Below are positions 48,614-61,136 of a stretch of DNA of 64,000 nt, one piece after another; position 1 is the first letter of the stretch; every line of letters begins with the position of its first letter. This DNA comes from Azolla caroliniana (Eukaryota; Plantae; Polypodiophyta), in contig JBHGNT010000020.1 in assembly GCA_043228905.1 (NCBI GenBank), positions 2,976,001 through 3,040,000 of the forward strand, written 5' to 3'. The notes below the pieces were generated by a model, which made no database searches, had not been told where the DNA came from, and was given only the letters and a program-made list of their open reading frames with translations. Both the position numbers and the translations under genes were made by a program.

Positions 48614-50454
48614 AGCTCTCGGGCTTGCCGACCAGAGATTAGCATGTCGTCTACGTCGATGATGAGGAAGATGGGTGACCTATCTCGAGTTGTTTTCGTG
48701 AAGAGGTAGTGGTCCTCATCGCTCTTAGAGAAGCCGACCGGCTGAATGAAGTCATCAAACTTCTTATACCACTCTCGCGATGCTTGTTTCAGGCCATATA
48801 GTCTCTTCTTGAGTCAACACACTAGATGTTCTTGGCTAGGTGCCACTAAATTTCCTCCTCTGGATCACCATGGAGGAATGTTGTTTTGACATCTAGTTGA
48901 ATCAGCTCCAAGTCCTCAGCTGCCACGACGCCCAACATGAATCTAAGGGTTGTCATTTTCGTCATTGGTGAAAAGATTTCGTTGAAATCAACACCATATT
49001 CCTATCAAAAACCCTTAGTTACTAGTCTGGCCTTGGGTGGCCGAATCAAACGTCTCTTTGACTCGATAGACCCAATTGCACGGAAGAGCATGTTGATTCT
49101 TCTTGAGCTCGACCAAGTCCCAAGTTTGGTTTGCTTGAATGGAGTTCATCTCAGACTCCATTGCCAGATGCCAGGTGGCCGAATTGGTAGATGTTGATGC
49201 TTCTACGTATGACGTTGGTTCTCCGGTGTCTGTAAAGAAGATTCTAGGAGAGTATCTCTCTGTGGGCTGCGATAGTCTCTCGGATCTTCGAGGTATGACT
49301 GGACTAGTCGCATCGGTGTCGAAGTCGTATGATCCAAAGCTAAACCATTCGGTTGTTCCGAGTCTAGCGTTGTCGAGTCGGGGCAGAAGGATTCGCCTAC
49401 CCGTGAGGCCGATCTCGTGTTATGGGTTGGGCCTTCATGAAGGGTCGGCACTTCGGAAAAAGTTACCCTTCAGACTTCAATAGGCCTTTCGACCGTCTTA
49501 TGCATAGCCGACTCATTGAACATTACATTCGAACTTCGAACAATTGTCTGTGCTCGGGGGTCCTAGAGTCGGTATCCGATTTCACCATCTGATCCATAAC
49601 CTAGGAAAATATATTTCCTGAACCTTGGCGCAAGTTTGCGGCGATCATCTTTTGGTATGAGGGCGTATGCCTCACACCCGGAGGTCCTCAGCTTGTCGTA
49701 ATTCGGTTTACTACCAATCCAGAATTCCTAAGGTATCTTAAGTCCTAGAGGCCTACTCGGCGACATATTGATAATGTGTACTGCCGTAATTAGGGCCTCC
49801 ACCCAGAAGCCATCTGACAATCCAGAATGGTGGAGCATGGAAACTATCCTTTCTTGATTTGTTTGATTCATCCTCTCGGCAATTTCGTTCTGCTCCAAAC
49901 TATAGGGTGCCGTTGTCGTGAAGATTTTCGTCCATAGGCGGAAACCGGGGTGGAAAGGGTAAGTCGGTGGTGTGCAACATGTGCGCACGTATACTGGGAA
50001 ATGGTGTATAGAAATAAGAGGGGAAATTTTATCCCACATTGTAAGGTCCCTCCCTCCTTGGGCTATAAAAGGAAGGGAGGGGTCGCTCATGAAGGGTTGC
50101 CTATTTTGCGTATGAAAGGTATACCACTTAGTCTAGAGTTCTTACCATTTTAGGGTTAGGGTTTCGTTTAGGGTTTTCTCATAGTCGTTTGGTGCGGCCC
50201 ATGCAACCACCATTGTTGTAATCATTCGTTTGTTTTAATATATCTTGTTGAGTATCTTGCCTTGGCCGATCTCTCCTTCTATGTCATGATCTTATTCTTT
50301 CTTCTTCTCCTCTTGAGCTAAGCTTCCAAAACATATCTTATTCTTTCTCCTCTACTCCCTAGTCCGAGACCCCCGTGGTCCCGCCCCTTCTACACGCACA
50401 CGCGTAACAACGCGACATCTTTGGTGAACCCGACATGAAGGGCGGCAAGGGAAC

Positions 50455-51105
50455 ATGGAGATGGAAGAAGACTTCAACTTTGAAGAGATGATGGCAAAGA
50501 TCGTGATGGAAGCCGGACGGAAGATGGCGAAGCAAGATGCGGCTCAACAAGCCGTCAAAAGGGTGGTCGATCGAGTTGGCCGGTTCAATGGGAATGAGGT
50601 TCCAAAATTTTTGGAAGCCTACATGGCCGAGATGGCGAAAGGGGGCGTGGACGAGGCGATGCGACTAGAGTATTTTCCTCGAGTGGCGGCAGTATCGGTG
50701 CACAAGGAGGTCAAGGAGCTACGAGAAGCTCATGAGTCGTGGGTGGCCTTTGAGGGAGCCCTATTGGAAGTGTACGGGTATGTGAAACCGGACGGGCGAG
50801 GTCGGCATGAGTTGGACCGATGGGTGGCGTCGATGGAGCGCCATTGGAGCACAATGGATGCATTCCGAGAGTTCGAGCGCCGTTTCTCTCAACTCTCGGA
50901 GCGAGATCGGAGATCGGTGGGGGCAGACAAAGTCCTCCTATTTTTGAAGAAGATCCATCAAGAGGAGAGGATGGACATCTTATTCGAGCTTCAAGATGAT
51001 TATGGAGCACATGGTCTCACAGAGGAGTGGTCCGAGGTGGAATGGGTGTGCCGGCAACATGATGCGAGGCGGTCGGCCACAACACGGCCCGCGAGCGGCA
51101 AGTGA
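50455..51105 (+). CDS. gag: Gag-like capsid N-terminal ORF
   Basis: AVKRVVDRVGRFNGNEVPKFLEAYMAEM aligns with AVERLVQRIGQFNGKDVSRYLRDYKAEM in the gag at 55564. Confidence 0.8.
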   Translation: MEMEEDFNFEEMMAKIVMEAGRKMAKQDAAQQAVKRVVDRVGRFNGNEVPKFLEAYMAEMAKGGVDEAMRLEYFPRVAAVSVHKEVKELREAHESWVAFEGALLEVYGYVKPDGRGRHELDRWVASMERHWSTMDAFREFERRFSQLSERDRRSVGADKVLLFLKKIHQEERMDILFELQDDYGAHGLTEEWSEVEWVCRQHDARRSATTRPASGK

Positions 51106-53989
51106 CTACACACTACCACCGGAAGAGAGCTCAACGCGAAACGGTTCGGAGGAGCTCGACCTAGAAGCGCTAATTCGGGAGGCATGCGAGCTTGTGAAGG
51201 CGAAAATCGAAGCCGAAGAAGGGCTTATTATGGAGTCGGGCCGGAGGTGATCGGAGGATGCGGAGGAAGAAGCCTCCCTAAGCATAGAAGACGGTGACAT
51301 GGGAGAGGGTGTGGAACAAGCGACCCTCTTGCCTTGCGGTGAAGGGACGGCCATGGAGGCCGGTAACTACGGATTCGGGACATGGCGGCCCGAAACATCG
51401 AGTGGGGAGGAGACAAGCGGTGGTGCCGCGACCTTACACACACCCGTCCTAGAGACTTCGGCATCCAACCCGAGAGCCGGTGTGAGACCTAGAGTGATGA
51501 ACGGTGGCGGCGGCAAGGCGGGCAACCGAGACGACAACATGGAAGAGACGGCGGCAAGCGTAATCGAGGCTTGCACGATCGGAGGCGGGGTAGCCGCGGA
51601 CAACAACGTCCGGACGGAGGCGGCTACGGACACAACAAGCGGTGGTGCCGGGTCCTTACCCACACCGGTCCTAGAGGCTCCGGCGGTCGGCCCGAGTGCC
51701 GGTGTGAGTCCTAGAGCGACGGGCGGTGGTGACGGCAAGGTGGGCAACCGAGACAAGGACGAGGACGAGGAGGTAGCAAGCATAATCGAGGCTTGCGTAA
51801 TTGGGGACGAGATAGCCCCGGACCACGACATCCGAACGAAGGTGGCTACAAACATGACATCAGCGAGTGATGGTACCGAGACTTTTCCCACACCTATTCT
51901 AGAGACTTCGGTGGTCGGCCCCGAGAGCCCGCGTAAGACCGGAGAGACGGAAGGTGGCGGCGGCAAAGTGGACGATCGAAACGACGATGAGGAAGGTCAT
52001 AGCGGACGGAGGAGAAAACCCCTCAACACCGAGACCGGAGACTACGGCGGTTGCTCTTGAGTGCGGACATAAGACCGGAGAGATGGGCGGTGGCCGTGAG
52101 AAGGCGTGGCCCGGAGCGGGCACATACGAAGAGGATGTGAGGCCCGGAACAAGCATACCAAAAGGTACCGAAGGACAGGCCGGGAGCGGCAACAAGGAGA
52201 GAGTCGGGAACCGACCCAAGCGGAAGATGAACCGGTCGGTAATCAGACACGACCGGAAGACAACGCGGAAGAAGATTGGAGCAAGGGCCGGTCAACCGGG
52301 CCCAAATGGAAGAAGAGCCGGCAAGGCCGGAATTGTTTTGCCGAACCCTTACTGGCCGGTTACGATCACGGAAGGGAGCCGACCGAACCGGAACATGATA
52401 AATCGGGAATCGGGCAAGGACCAAACCGGCATGATTGGAGATCGGGGAAGACGAGTCGCGACACATGGTGGGAGCCGATGAGCACGAGAAGGAGGCCAAG
52501 CGGGCATGATGACTACGGTTCCGTGGAAGACCGGAAACGAGCGGGACCCTCCCCACCTATTCTAGAGACTTTGGCGGTTGCGGATCAACATAAGACCGGC
52601 GAGACGGCGGGTGGCGGCGAGGAGTCGGAGACCGGAACGGACGAGGCTACCGGAACGGGTACCCGATGCGTGACGACGGACGAGCACGGCCAAGAGGGCC
52701 AAACGGAGACGGAAGAGTGTACGGCAACGAAGGACGAAGAGACCGACGCTGAGGTCGGGTCTATGGTGGATGAGGCACGTAATACGAAGTATGCAGTACG
52801 GCGTAAAACGGAGCATGCACTACGGCCGACGAAGGGCCAAAAAGCGAGCATGCACCTGGAAGAGCGGCAACGAGTGACCGGCAACGGCGAACCAGTCGAG
52901 CCTTTGAGAGGCAAGCACACGGCAAGAGACGGAGCGGTGAGTTGCCGGGATCGGCGGATGAATGACGAGAGCGGAGGATGGTGTGTGGAGAGCAAAGAAC
53001 TACACACCGGGGAGAGAAAAAGCGACGTCCCGGAGGACGTGCGGGGCCAAGTGGGCCAAGAGGATGCGAGTCGGGATGAAGCGGTAACGAGAGCCGCGAA
53101 GAACCCCGACACGAAGGTCGAGATGACGATACGCTCTACTACGAGAGAGCACGGAGAGCAAGGGAGAATCGAGGTGCGCGTAATGGGGTCACCTAAGGAC
53201 CAAAGAATGAGTGTGCATTCGGAGGAGCCACAACGAATGACCAATGATGACGGTCGGAGGAAGCCTTCGAGAGGCAAGCACGGGACGACGAACGGTGCGA
53301 CGAGACGCCAAGATCGTCGGAACGAGACGAGTGTGATTGGCATGAACGAAGGATTGTGTCTGGGAAAACGGAGCAGAAGCGTGGAGAACGGAGGGCCACA
53401 TACCATGAAGAGCAAACAGGGCATCCCAAAGGATGTGTGCAGCCGAGTGGGCCAAGCAGACCAAGAGGGTGTACCTCAGGGCGAAGCGGCAACATCGGAG
53501 GTTGCGGAGGACACCGAAGACGAGAGCACCGACACGGATGTCGGGGAAGCAACGTACCTTTCTGAAAGGGTAGGCAGAGCGGAGCGGAGTGCAAGACGTG
53601 CGATGTGGCCACATAAGGGCCGAGCGACGAGCACGAGGATGATCGACAACGAAGTTCCGCGCGTGACAGTGTCGTGTCGAGGAAGCGGCCGAGGCAAGAC
53701 ATGCGTGGACGAAGAGCACACGGTGCGATATTCGGCAAACAGTCGGGAAGAACGAGAATTCTCCAAGGTCCCGCGCGGAAAACGAAGGAAGACAAAGAGA
53801 GGTGTGCAAAGACCGGGTCTGGCGGACCGGGCAGAGACAATGGTTCGGCGAACTTCGTCGAGTATGGTGGATCGGATGGAGCCGATGGTTCGAGAGCATA
53901 TGAAGAATATGGCGGACCGGGAGGCTACGGTGGTCGATGTGGGACGGATGGGCTTGCTCGAAGTGGCAGACGAAGTCGGGAAAAGCTGA
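51106..53989 (+). pseudogene. Long low-complexity E/G/T/R-rich ORF of unknown function
   Basis: ORFs 50996..51250, 51299..52060 and 52106..53989 share one frame; repeated PTP(V/I)LET motif; homologous sequence at 8922..10483(-). Confidence 0.55.
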
Positions 53990-54950
53990 CAAAGACGCTA
54001 AGGACTCGGTTGATCGCCATGGCCGAAAATCTCACCTCTTTCCCCTTCTTGGCACATACCGGTGGATGTGCGGTTTGGTGGGGGCGGATGTAGTGAAGAT
54101 TTTCATCCATAGGCGGAAACCGGGGTGGAAAGGGCAAGTCAGTGGTGTGCAACATGTGCACACGTATACTAGGAAATGGTGTATAGAAATAAGAGGGGAA
54201 ATTTTATCCCACATTGTAAGGTCCCTCCCTCCTTGGGCTATAAAAGGAAGGGAGGGGTCACTTCTGAAGGGTTGCCTATTTTGCGTATGAAAGGTATACC
54301 ACTTAGTCTAGAGTTCTTACCGTTTTAGGGTTAAGGTTTCGTTTAGGGTTTACTAGTTCATCCCCGGTTAGGGTTTTCTCATAGTCGTTTGGTTTGGCCC
54401 ATGCGGCCACCATTGTTGTAATCATTCGTTTGTTTTAATATATCTTGTTGAGTATCTTAACTCCGCCGATCTCTCCTTCTATGTCGTGATCTTATTCTTT
54501 CTTCTTCTCCTCTTGAGCTAAGCTTCCAAAACATATCTTATTCTTTCTCCTCTACTCCCTAGTCTGAGACCCCCGTGGTCCCGCCCCTTCTACACACACA
54601 TGCGTAACAACGTTGTCGTAGTGTAATTCGCACACTACGTGAAAAATTACATTTTTGGTTTCTCCGGATAGGATATAAAGTACCCAGTGAGAACTGGAAG
54701 GAAGAACTGGTGAGGACCGAAACCGGTAAGGAGAACGGCAAGAGCCAGATGAAGAAGGCTGGTGAGAGTCGGTGAGAAACGGACGAAGAGGACCGGTAAG
54801 GAGGATCCGGTAAGAACCGGATAAAGAAAACCGGCGAGGACCGGATGAAGCAGAACCGACAAGAGCCGGATGAAGAAGGCTGGTGAGAGTCTCTCACCAG
54901 ATGAAGAGACATATTTGTAAATAGAAGAAAGTATAAAATTATATATTACA

Positions 54951-55022
54951 TGGATAGGACAAGATTCGAACCTTGCACCTCCATGTTAATAATGTTAAGC
55001 CTTATCATTATACTAGCGTATT
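54951..55022 (-). promoter_or_regulatory. tRNA-like A/B-box cassette in U3 (also ~61373..61444)
   Basis: Minus strand TAGTATAATGATAAGG ... GGAGGTGCAAGGTTCGAATCTTGTCCTATCCA. Confidence 0.65.
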
Positions 55023-55563
55023 ATCAATTTTCAAGTTATACTAAACTTTATCCCATGTAAAATTTCTAGACATGCATGGTACAAAAAGTTATTCATGCAT
55101 AGACACTCGAGTTAAGAGAAAAGATGAGATAGAAAGCTAATCATGCACATGCAGTGTGCATGAAAACTAAAGATAGGAAAAGCATGATGCTTGCATGTGA
55201 TAAACTTAGACTCTTCCAACACTATATAAGGAAGAGAGAAAGATGTATAGAGGTTGTTGATTATTTTACAAGGATTTTGATCAATCTAATATATTCATGG
55301 GATTCACGATGTTTTTTTCCATCTATTTCTCTCTTACATTCTAAGTATAAATTAATAGTAACACTATACTCGTGGGATTCACGAGTTTCATATCTTCTTT
55401 CAAATATTTCTCTTTCTTGCAATCGATTCATAAGGAGCCTTATCTCATATTCTTCTTTCTCCTAGTCCAAAACCTCAGCGGTCCCACCCGACTCACGCAA
55501 CAATCCGGAACCGAAAGGCACGACACAAGTGGTGAACCCGACGTGAACACGAGTGGCAAGGAG

Positions 55564-57606
55564 ATGGAAAATCAACCGGAGGCTAACAACATGATGATGA
55601 TGTTCGAGCGGATGCTTCAAGAACAACGTGCGATGTCAGAGATAGTGGCGGCAGTAGAGCGGCTCGTGCAACGGATCGGGCAATTCAACGGAAAGGACGT
55701 ATCACGCTATCTTCGGGACTACAAGGCAGAAATGCTACGGTGCGGGATTTCGGAAGGACTGCAAGTGGCATCCTTCAACCGGGTTGCTACCAACGGGCTT
55801 CAAGCAAGTATCCACGGGCTACGACAACAAAATCCAACGTGGGAAGCGTTTGAAGAGGCGCTAAAGACCACGTTCGCTATCGAGGACTCCTCCAAGGCAA
55901 CGCGGAGAGGATTCGAGGATTGGGTAGAAACGCCGGACAAGGGGATGAAGGTCCTTGATGTGTTTTCGGCATTCGAAAGTCGGTTCGGGAGGTTGTCTGT
56001 GAGAGATCAAGCTATCCTCGCACCAGACAAAGTTATCATGTTCTTACGAGCCATAGACGTCCGGGACTGGAAGGATCTTGGAGTGCTCCTAAAGGACTCA
56101 AATACCGAGAGTGGCCTCACCGAAACATGGGAAAGCGTGCGGGATATCGTGGCACGATACACAAAGAGGGGGCAATGGCTTGCCAACGAAGAAAAGAGGG
56201 TTTCGGAACCGATTCTGAAACCGAGATCCGGATCGGAAGACCATCAACCGCGGGCTCGGGAAGCTACGACTGAGAAGGGAATCGATGCAACTAAGGTGGA
56301 GCAGTTGCTGAAGGAGATGGAGAATCTAAAAATCGCGATGGTGAAGAAGTCGGATGACTGTCCCACAAGTTCCAAGTATATGGACCGTCGATGCATATGG
56401 TGTGATAGCACCGAACATGATCGAAGGGATTGCAACGAGCACAAGGAAGCGCTACAACAGGATCTTATCTACTATGAGGGAAATCGGATTCATTCGATGG
56501 ACTCTCGGAAGCCACTCCGACCGAACTTCCGAAAAGGCGGCATGAAGAAGGTCCTAGAGGAGGAAATAACGGCGAAGAGCAATTACGTGACAACCGCGGA
56601 AATACGTGTCAAGGAGTCATCGGGAGCAAAGGTGTCTTTTTGGCCGGAAATGCTAGAAAACACCGAGAAACCCGACTCTAACGAGATCCGAAGCACCGCG
56701 GAAGGCATCCAAGAAGCTATAGGATGGGAGTGCCCCGTCGATAAGAATAGCATGTTTGCTTTATGCCAATTGCATGAAGTGTATGTAGATGAGAAGCGAC
56801 GGCGCACGGATGAGGCGGCCGGTCCATCGAAGACACCGGAAAACTGGAACTCCGGAGGTAAGGGAAAAGAAAAGATGATTCCGGCATTCAAGCTCGCCTC
56901 GGACATCGAACAACAAACGGACTTGAAAACGGTGTTCGAGGAGAGAATCCTTGACAGCCGGGTAGAATTTTCGCTTCGGGAACTACTCAGAATAGCAAAA
57001 AAAGAGTTCCATGATCTTCTTGTGGATCTCGTGAAGAGAAAAAGGCAAAGTACGGAGGAGAACGCTCCAAGGGTGAATGCAAATACCGTTCTAATGAATG
57101 AAACCGAATTGGAGGACGAAATACTGAATTCTCACTACACAAAACCACACTGGGCACGCGCAACTACGGAGACTCTGGTCCGAATCGGTAACATCAAAGA
57201 ACCCGTGCTAGCATTGATTGATCACGGATCGGAGATCAACTTGAAGTCCAAGGAATTCTGCCGGAAGGGTAAGTGGCCTATTAACACGAATCATGGGTGG
57301 AAGATCCGGGCGGCCACTAAAGCAACGGAAGATCTATTTGCGGCTTGTCCGGATGTGACGGTGAAGATCGGGGATGTCGAGATCGACCAAAATTTCTTCG
57401 TACAAGATGAGGTCTCACACTCCGTGATCCTCTGGCAACCTTTTATCACGGCATCACGAATGGAGACGAAGGTGCTCGATAGCGGTGCGGCTTTTGCACG
57501 AATTCGGAGCCAAAACGGAGGGAAATCCGTCCAATTCCTAACGGTGCCGGCAAATCATGAAAGGAACAAGAGAGAGCTCTTGTCCCAAACAAGAATGAAT
57601 TTTTAG
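55564..57606 (+). CDS. gag: Gag-protease ORF, uninterrupted
   Basis: Capsid region, CIWCDSTEHDRRDC knuckle, aspartic protease LALIDHGSEINL; ATG at 55564 is the first after the PBS. Confidence 0.88.
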   Translation: MENQPEANNMMMMFERMLQEQRAMSEIVAAVERLVQRIGQFNGKDVSRYLRDYKAEMLRCGISEGLQVASFNRVATNGLQASIHGLRQQNPTWEAFEEALKTTFAIEDSSKATRRGFEDWVETPDKGMKVLDVFSAFESRFGRLSVRDQAILAPDKVIMFLRAIDVRDWKDLGVLLKDSNTESGLTETWESVRDIVARYTKRGQWLANEEKRVSEPILKPRSGSEDHQPRAREATTEKGIDATKVEQLLKEMENLKIAMVKKSDDCPTSSKYMDRRCIWCDSTEHDRRDCNEHKEALQQDLIYYEGNRIHSMDSRKPLRPNFRKGGMKKVLEEEITAKSNYVTTAEIRVKESSGAKVSFWPEMLENTEKPDSNEIRSTAEGIQEAIGWECPVDKNSMFALCQLHEVYVDEKRRRTDEAAGPSKTPENWNSGGKGKEKMIPAFKLASDIEQQTDLKTVFEERILDSRVEFSLRELLRIAKKEFHDLLVDLVKRKRQSTEENAPRVNANTVLMNETELEDEILNSHYTKPHWARATTETLVRIGNIKEPVLALIDHGSEINLKSKEFCRKGKWPINTNHGWKIRAATKATEDLFAACPDVTVKIGDVEIDQNFFVQDEVSHSVILWQPFITASRMETKVLDSGAAFARIRSQNGGKSVQFLTVPANHERNKRELLSQTRMNF

Positions 57607-60600
57607 AGCGGACTGTTGCGGAGTGGGGAAGTGATAGTCCGAGAAGCCCTGATACCCCACACAGGAAGAAACCTCTCGGTGCAAAACAAGTACGAATCGG
57701 TCCGGATGGGGCATCCACGTACACGGCCGTAACCGGAGGAATGAAGAAAGAATACCGAAAAGTGGAGGATAAGTTACGGTCGGCATCAATAATAAAAGAA
57801 GACGAAGAAATTGTGGGAATAGTCAAAGAAGTGTTCTATGGGAGCACACTACAACGGCTTGAAGAGATCGCGGAAGATACAAGCCAGGGAAACCGGGTAA
57901 TTCCGGTGGAGTCGGTCGAGATGTACGAGATCATTGTGAAAATGGGGCCGGATGCGCTCCGCAAAGAAGAAGCAATGGTGAGTACGAAATACAAGACTGT
58001 GGAGAAGAAAGTGAAACCGGTCGCGGGACCGTTACCCGCAGATAGTGAACAAAAGAGGAAAGAAGTCTCGGGGGATCCGACACTTCGGAAGTCCATGGAT
58101 ATCGGACATGCCTTCACGGATGAGACCCGGAAGAAACTTCAGATCGGTGGAGGTGGGTTCCTATTAAAGAATGAAGAAGAACGATTCTGTGGGATGCTAG
58201 AGCGACATGGGAGAGCATTTGCATTTACATCGAAAGAAATAGGATGCGCTGACCCGAAGATAGTGGAGCCGATGGTGATCTTCACGATTGACCATGTGCC
58301 GTGGAACCTGAAGCCGATTCCGGTGCCACGGGCGCATATTCCGAAAATCATCAACTTGCTCAAGGAGAAGGTGGCAATGGGGATTCTAGAGCCATCAAAT
58401 GCTCCGTACTCAAATCGATGGTTTACGGTTCCGAAGAAGAATGGGTCACTCCGATTTATTCAAGATTTGCAACCGGTGAACAAGGTCACGATCCGAAACT
58501 CCGGAGTCGGTCCGATAGTGGACGAATTTGCGGAAGCATTTGCCGGTCGCGCGATATACTCCATCGGAGACCTATACTCCGGATATGACCAATTCCAACT
58601 AGTTGTGAAGAGCCGAGACATCACTACCATGCGGACACCGATAGGATTAGTCCAGATGTGTACGCTACCACAAGGCGCAACGAACTCATTCGCACATATG
58701 ATGAATGCGATGAACAAGGTGCTCCGGGATTGCATACCGGAGATAACGATGTCGTTCCTAGATGACATTCCGATGAAAGGGTGTGCGGTGGACGAAAAAG
58801 ATGAAGCTATGGATGAACGGGGATGCCGAAGGTTTGTAGTCAACCATATCCGTGATTGTGAGAAAGTGTTACGGAAGTTAGAAGATGTGCATCGAACACT
58901 TTCCGGAGAGAAATCGGCATTCGGACAAGAAGAAATATTGGTAGTCGGACATTTATGTGGACCCTACGGCCGAAGACCGTCACCAACCAAGATTGACGCG
59001 ATTCAAGCTATGAAAGAAGTATGCGAGTCACAATCCAAAGTTCGAAGGTTTCTTGGAGCATGTGCATTCTACCACATATGGATTCCGCACTATGCACATA
59101 TAGCGGACCCACTCTATCACTTGTTGCGGAAGGGTAAGAAGTTTGAATCGAAACCGGAGCATACCAAAGCCGTGAAGAAGCTCAAGAAATCACTACGGAG
59201 GGCAGAAGCACTAAAGAAGCCGAGCTATGACCAACCAATCATAGTAACGGTTGACACAAGTCCAACCGGAATCGGATGGGTCATCAATCAAGCCGATCCG
59301 GAAGGTTCGCGATATCCGATCCGATTCAGAGCAAAGGTTCTCAACGAAAGGCAACGCGGATAGGCACAAGTAAAAAGAGAATTATGGGGAGTTGTGTCGG
59401 CAATCAAATCGGATTGAGATTATTTGATCGGAGCCGAAGTAGTGATCGAAACAGATTGTCTTCCGATACTCGGGATGATGCGGTGTTGCATGATACCGGA
59501 TGTGGCTATGCTAAGATGGATTGCATATGTTAAGTCACTTAATCCGGAGGTAAGACACATCTCCAGAAAAGACAACGCTATAGCGGATATGCTATCAAGG
59601 GCGCGGTTTGGAGATGACATAACCGAATCCGATAATGAAGAAGTTTCCGAACACTACTTTGCTTCGGAGCACATATGCCGGGTGGACATAATCCAAGGAT
59701 TCCGGGAAGAAGAATACAAGGGAGAAAGCTTGTTGATCGGGAAAATGCTACGAGAAATCGAGGAATCATCGGACAATAAAGAGAAGAGAGTCGAGATCCG
59801 AAGTAAAAAACGGCAAGTCCGAAAGTTCTTCTTGAAAAATGGATTTTTATGGAGGGAGCCGAAAAGACCGGGTGGCATACCACTTCGAGTAGTCGGGACA
59901 AAAGAGCAACGAAACCAGGTAATGTCCAAAATTCACGAATCTGATTGGGCTGGACATCGGGGAACATGGGCAACATTTGGGAAGATCAAGCAAAGATATT
60001 GGTGGAAGAATATGTACAAAGATGTCGCGGAGTTCACGGAAAGCTGCGAGAAGTGTCAAATCTACTCCGGAGTTCGACACCGAGATGAGTTACATCCGAC
60101 ATTCTCACCGACAATCAACTTCAAATGGATGGTCGACATTGTAGCTATGCCAACCAGGATCAAACAAAAGAAGTACTTGGTGTTAGCTCGGGAAGATCTC
60201 ACAAATCAAGTAGAAGGTCGGGCGCTACGAAGAAAAACGTGTTCTACAGTATGTCAATTTCTTTTGAAAGAAGTGTTTTGCAAGTACGGGTGCGTAGGAC
60301 AAGTGATTGCGGATCGGGGAGAACTTGACTCTGATAAAGCTAGGGGATTCTTCGCCAAACATGGAGTTCGGTTAACACTAACAACAGCATACAATCCGGA
60401 AGCCAACGGGAAGGTCGAGTGAGGACATAGTCCGATCGTCAAAGCACTTGCCAAAGCATGCGATGGAAGGGTGATGGATTGGCCGCAAATGCTCCCGTAT
60501 GCACTATGGGTGGATTGGACAACGCATAGCTCCGTAACCGGTTATATGCCGGCAGAACTTATGACCGGACAAGCATCGGTAATGCCGACGGAAACCGCAA

Positions 60601-61136
60601 TCACGACATGGACAATGCTACCATGGAAGGAAGAGATGAGCCGGGAAGAACTACTAGCGGTCCGGATACGACAACTGGAGGGAAGACCGGAAGATGTAGC
60701 GGAAGCGTCACGCCGACAACAAGAAGCGCGACTCCGGAATAAAAGCCGGTTCGACACCAAGCACCGACTACGACCACGGAAGATTGAAGAAGGAGATTGG
60801 GTGATTGTCTATGACAATAGTTTGGATCATCAACATACAATGGTACGGAAGTTCGCAAAAAGGTGGTTCGGCCCATATGAGGTTCAGAAAGTTTTCGACA
60901 ACAGAACTTACCGACTATGCGAGTTGGATGGAACGATGCTACGAGTGCCTATAGCCGGGAAACGGGTGAAGATTTTCAAGAAGCGAACTGAAGAAGAACC
61001 CTATGTGATCCTAGACAAGACCGACAAGGAGCAATCGGACGAAGATCGCGGTGATGCGGAAAGCGAGGAAAGTGGATTACAACTCATAGTCGACTTAAGC
61101 GGAGAATTGGAGGAAGCTTCGGATGAAGGTGGATAG
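57603..61136 (+). pseudogene. pol: RT-RNase H-integrase in the -1 frame relative to gag-PR
   Basis: QDLQPVN, DLYSGYDQF, LPQGATNS, FLDD, VDTSPTG, GHRG, YNPEANGKVE, WFGPY; no chromodomain; in-frame stops at 59361, ~59415 and 60420. Confidence 0.92.

Noticed and set aside
52585-53992. Long antisense ORFs (279, 267, 215 aa)
   Set aside because: Overlapping shadows of GC-rich, stop-poor sequence with no recognisable motifs.
55154-55465. ORF repeated at 61576..61851
   Set aside because: Duplicated only because it lies inside the two LTRs; no coding signature.
57205-57245. Protease motif DHG instead of D(S/T)G
   Set aside because: A single copy cannot separate a lineage variant from decay; the catalytic Asp and context are intact.
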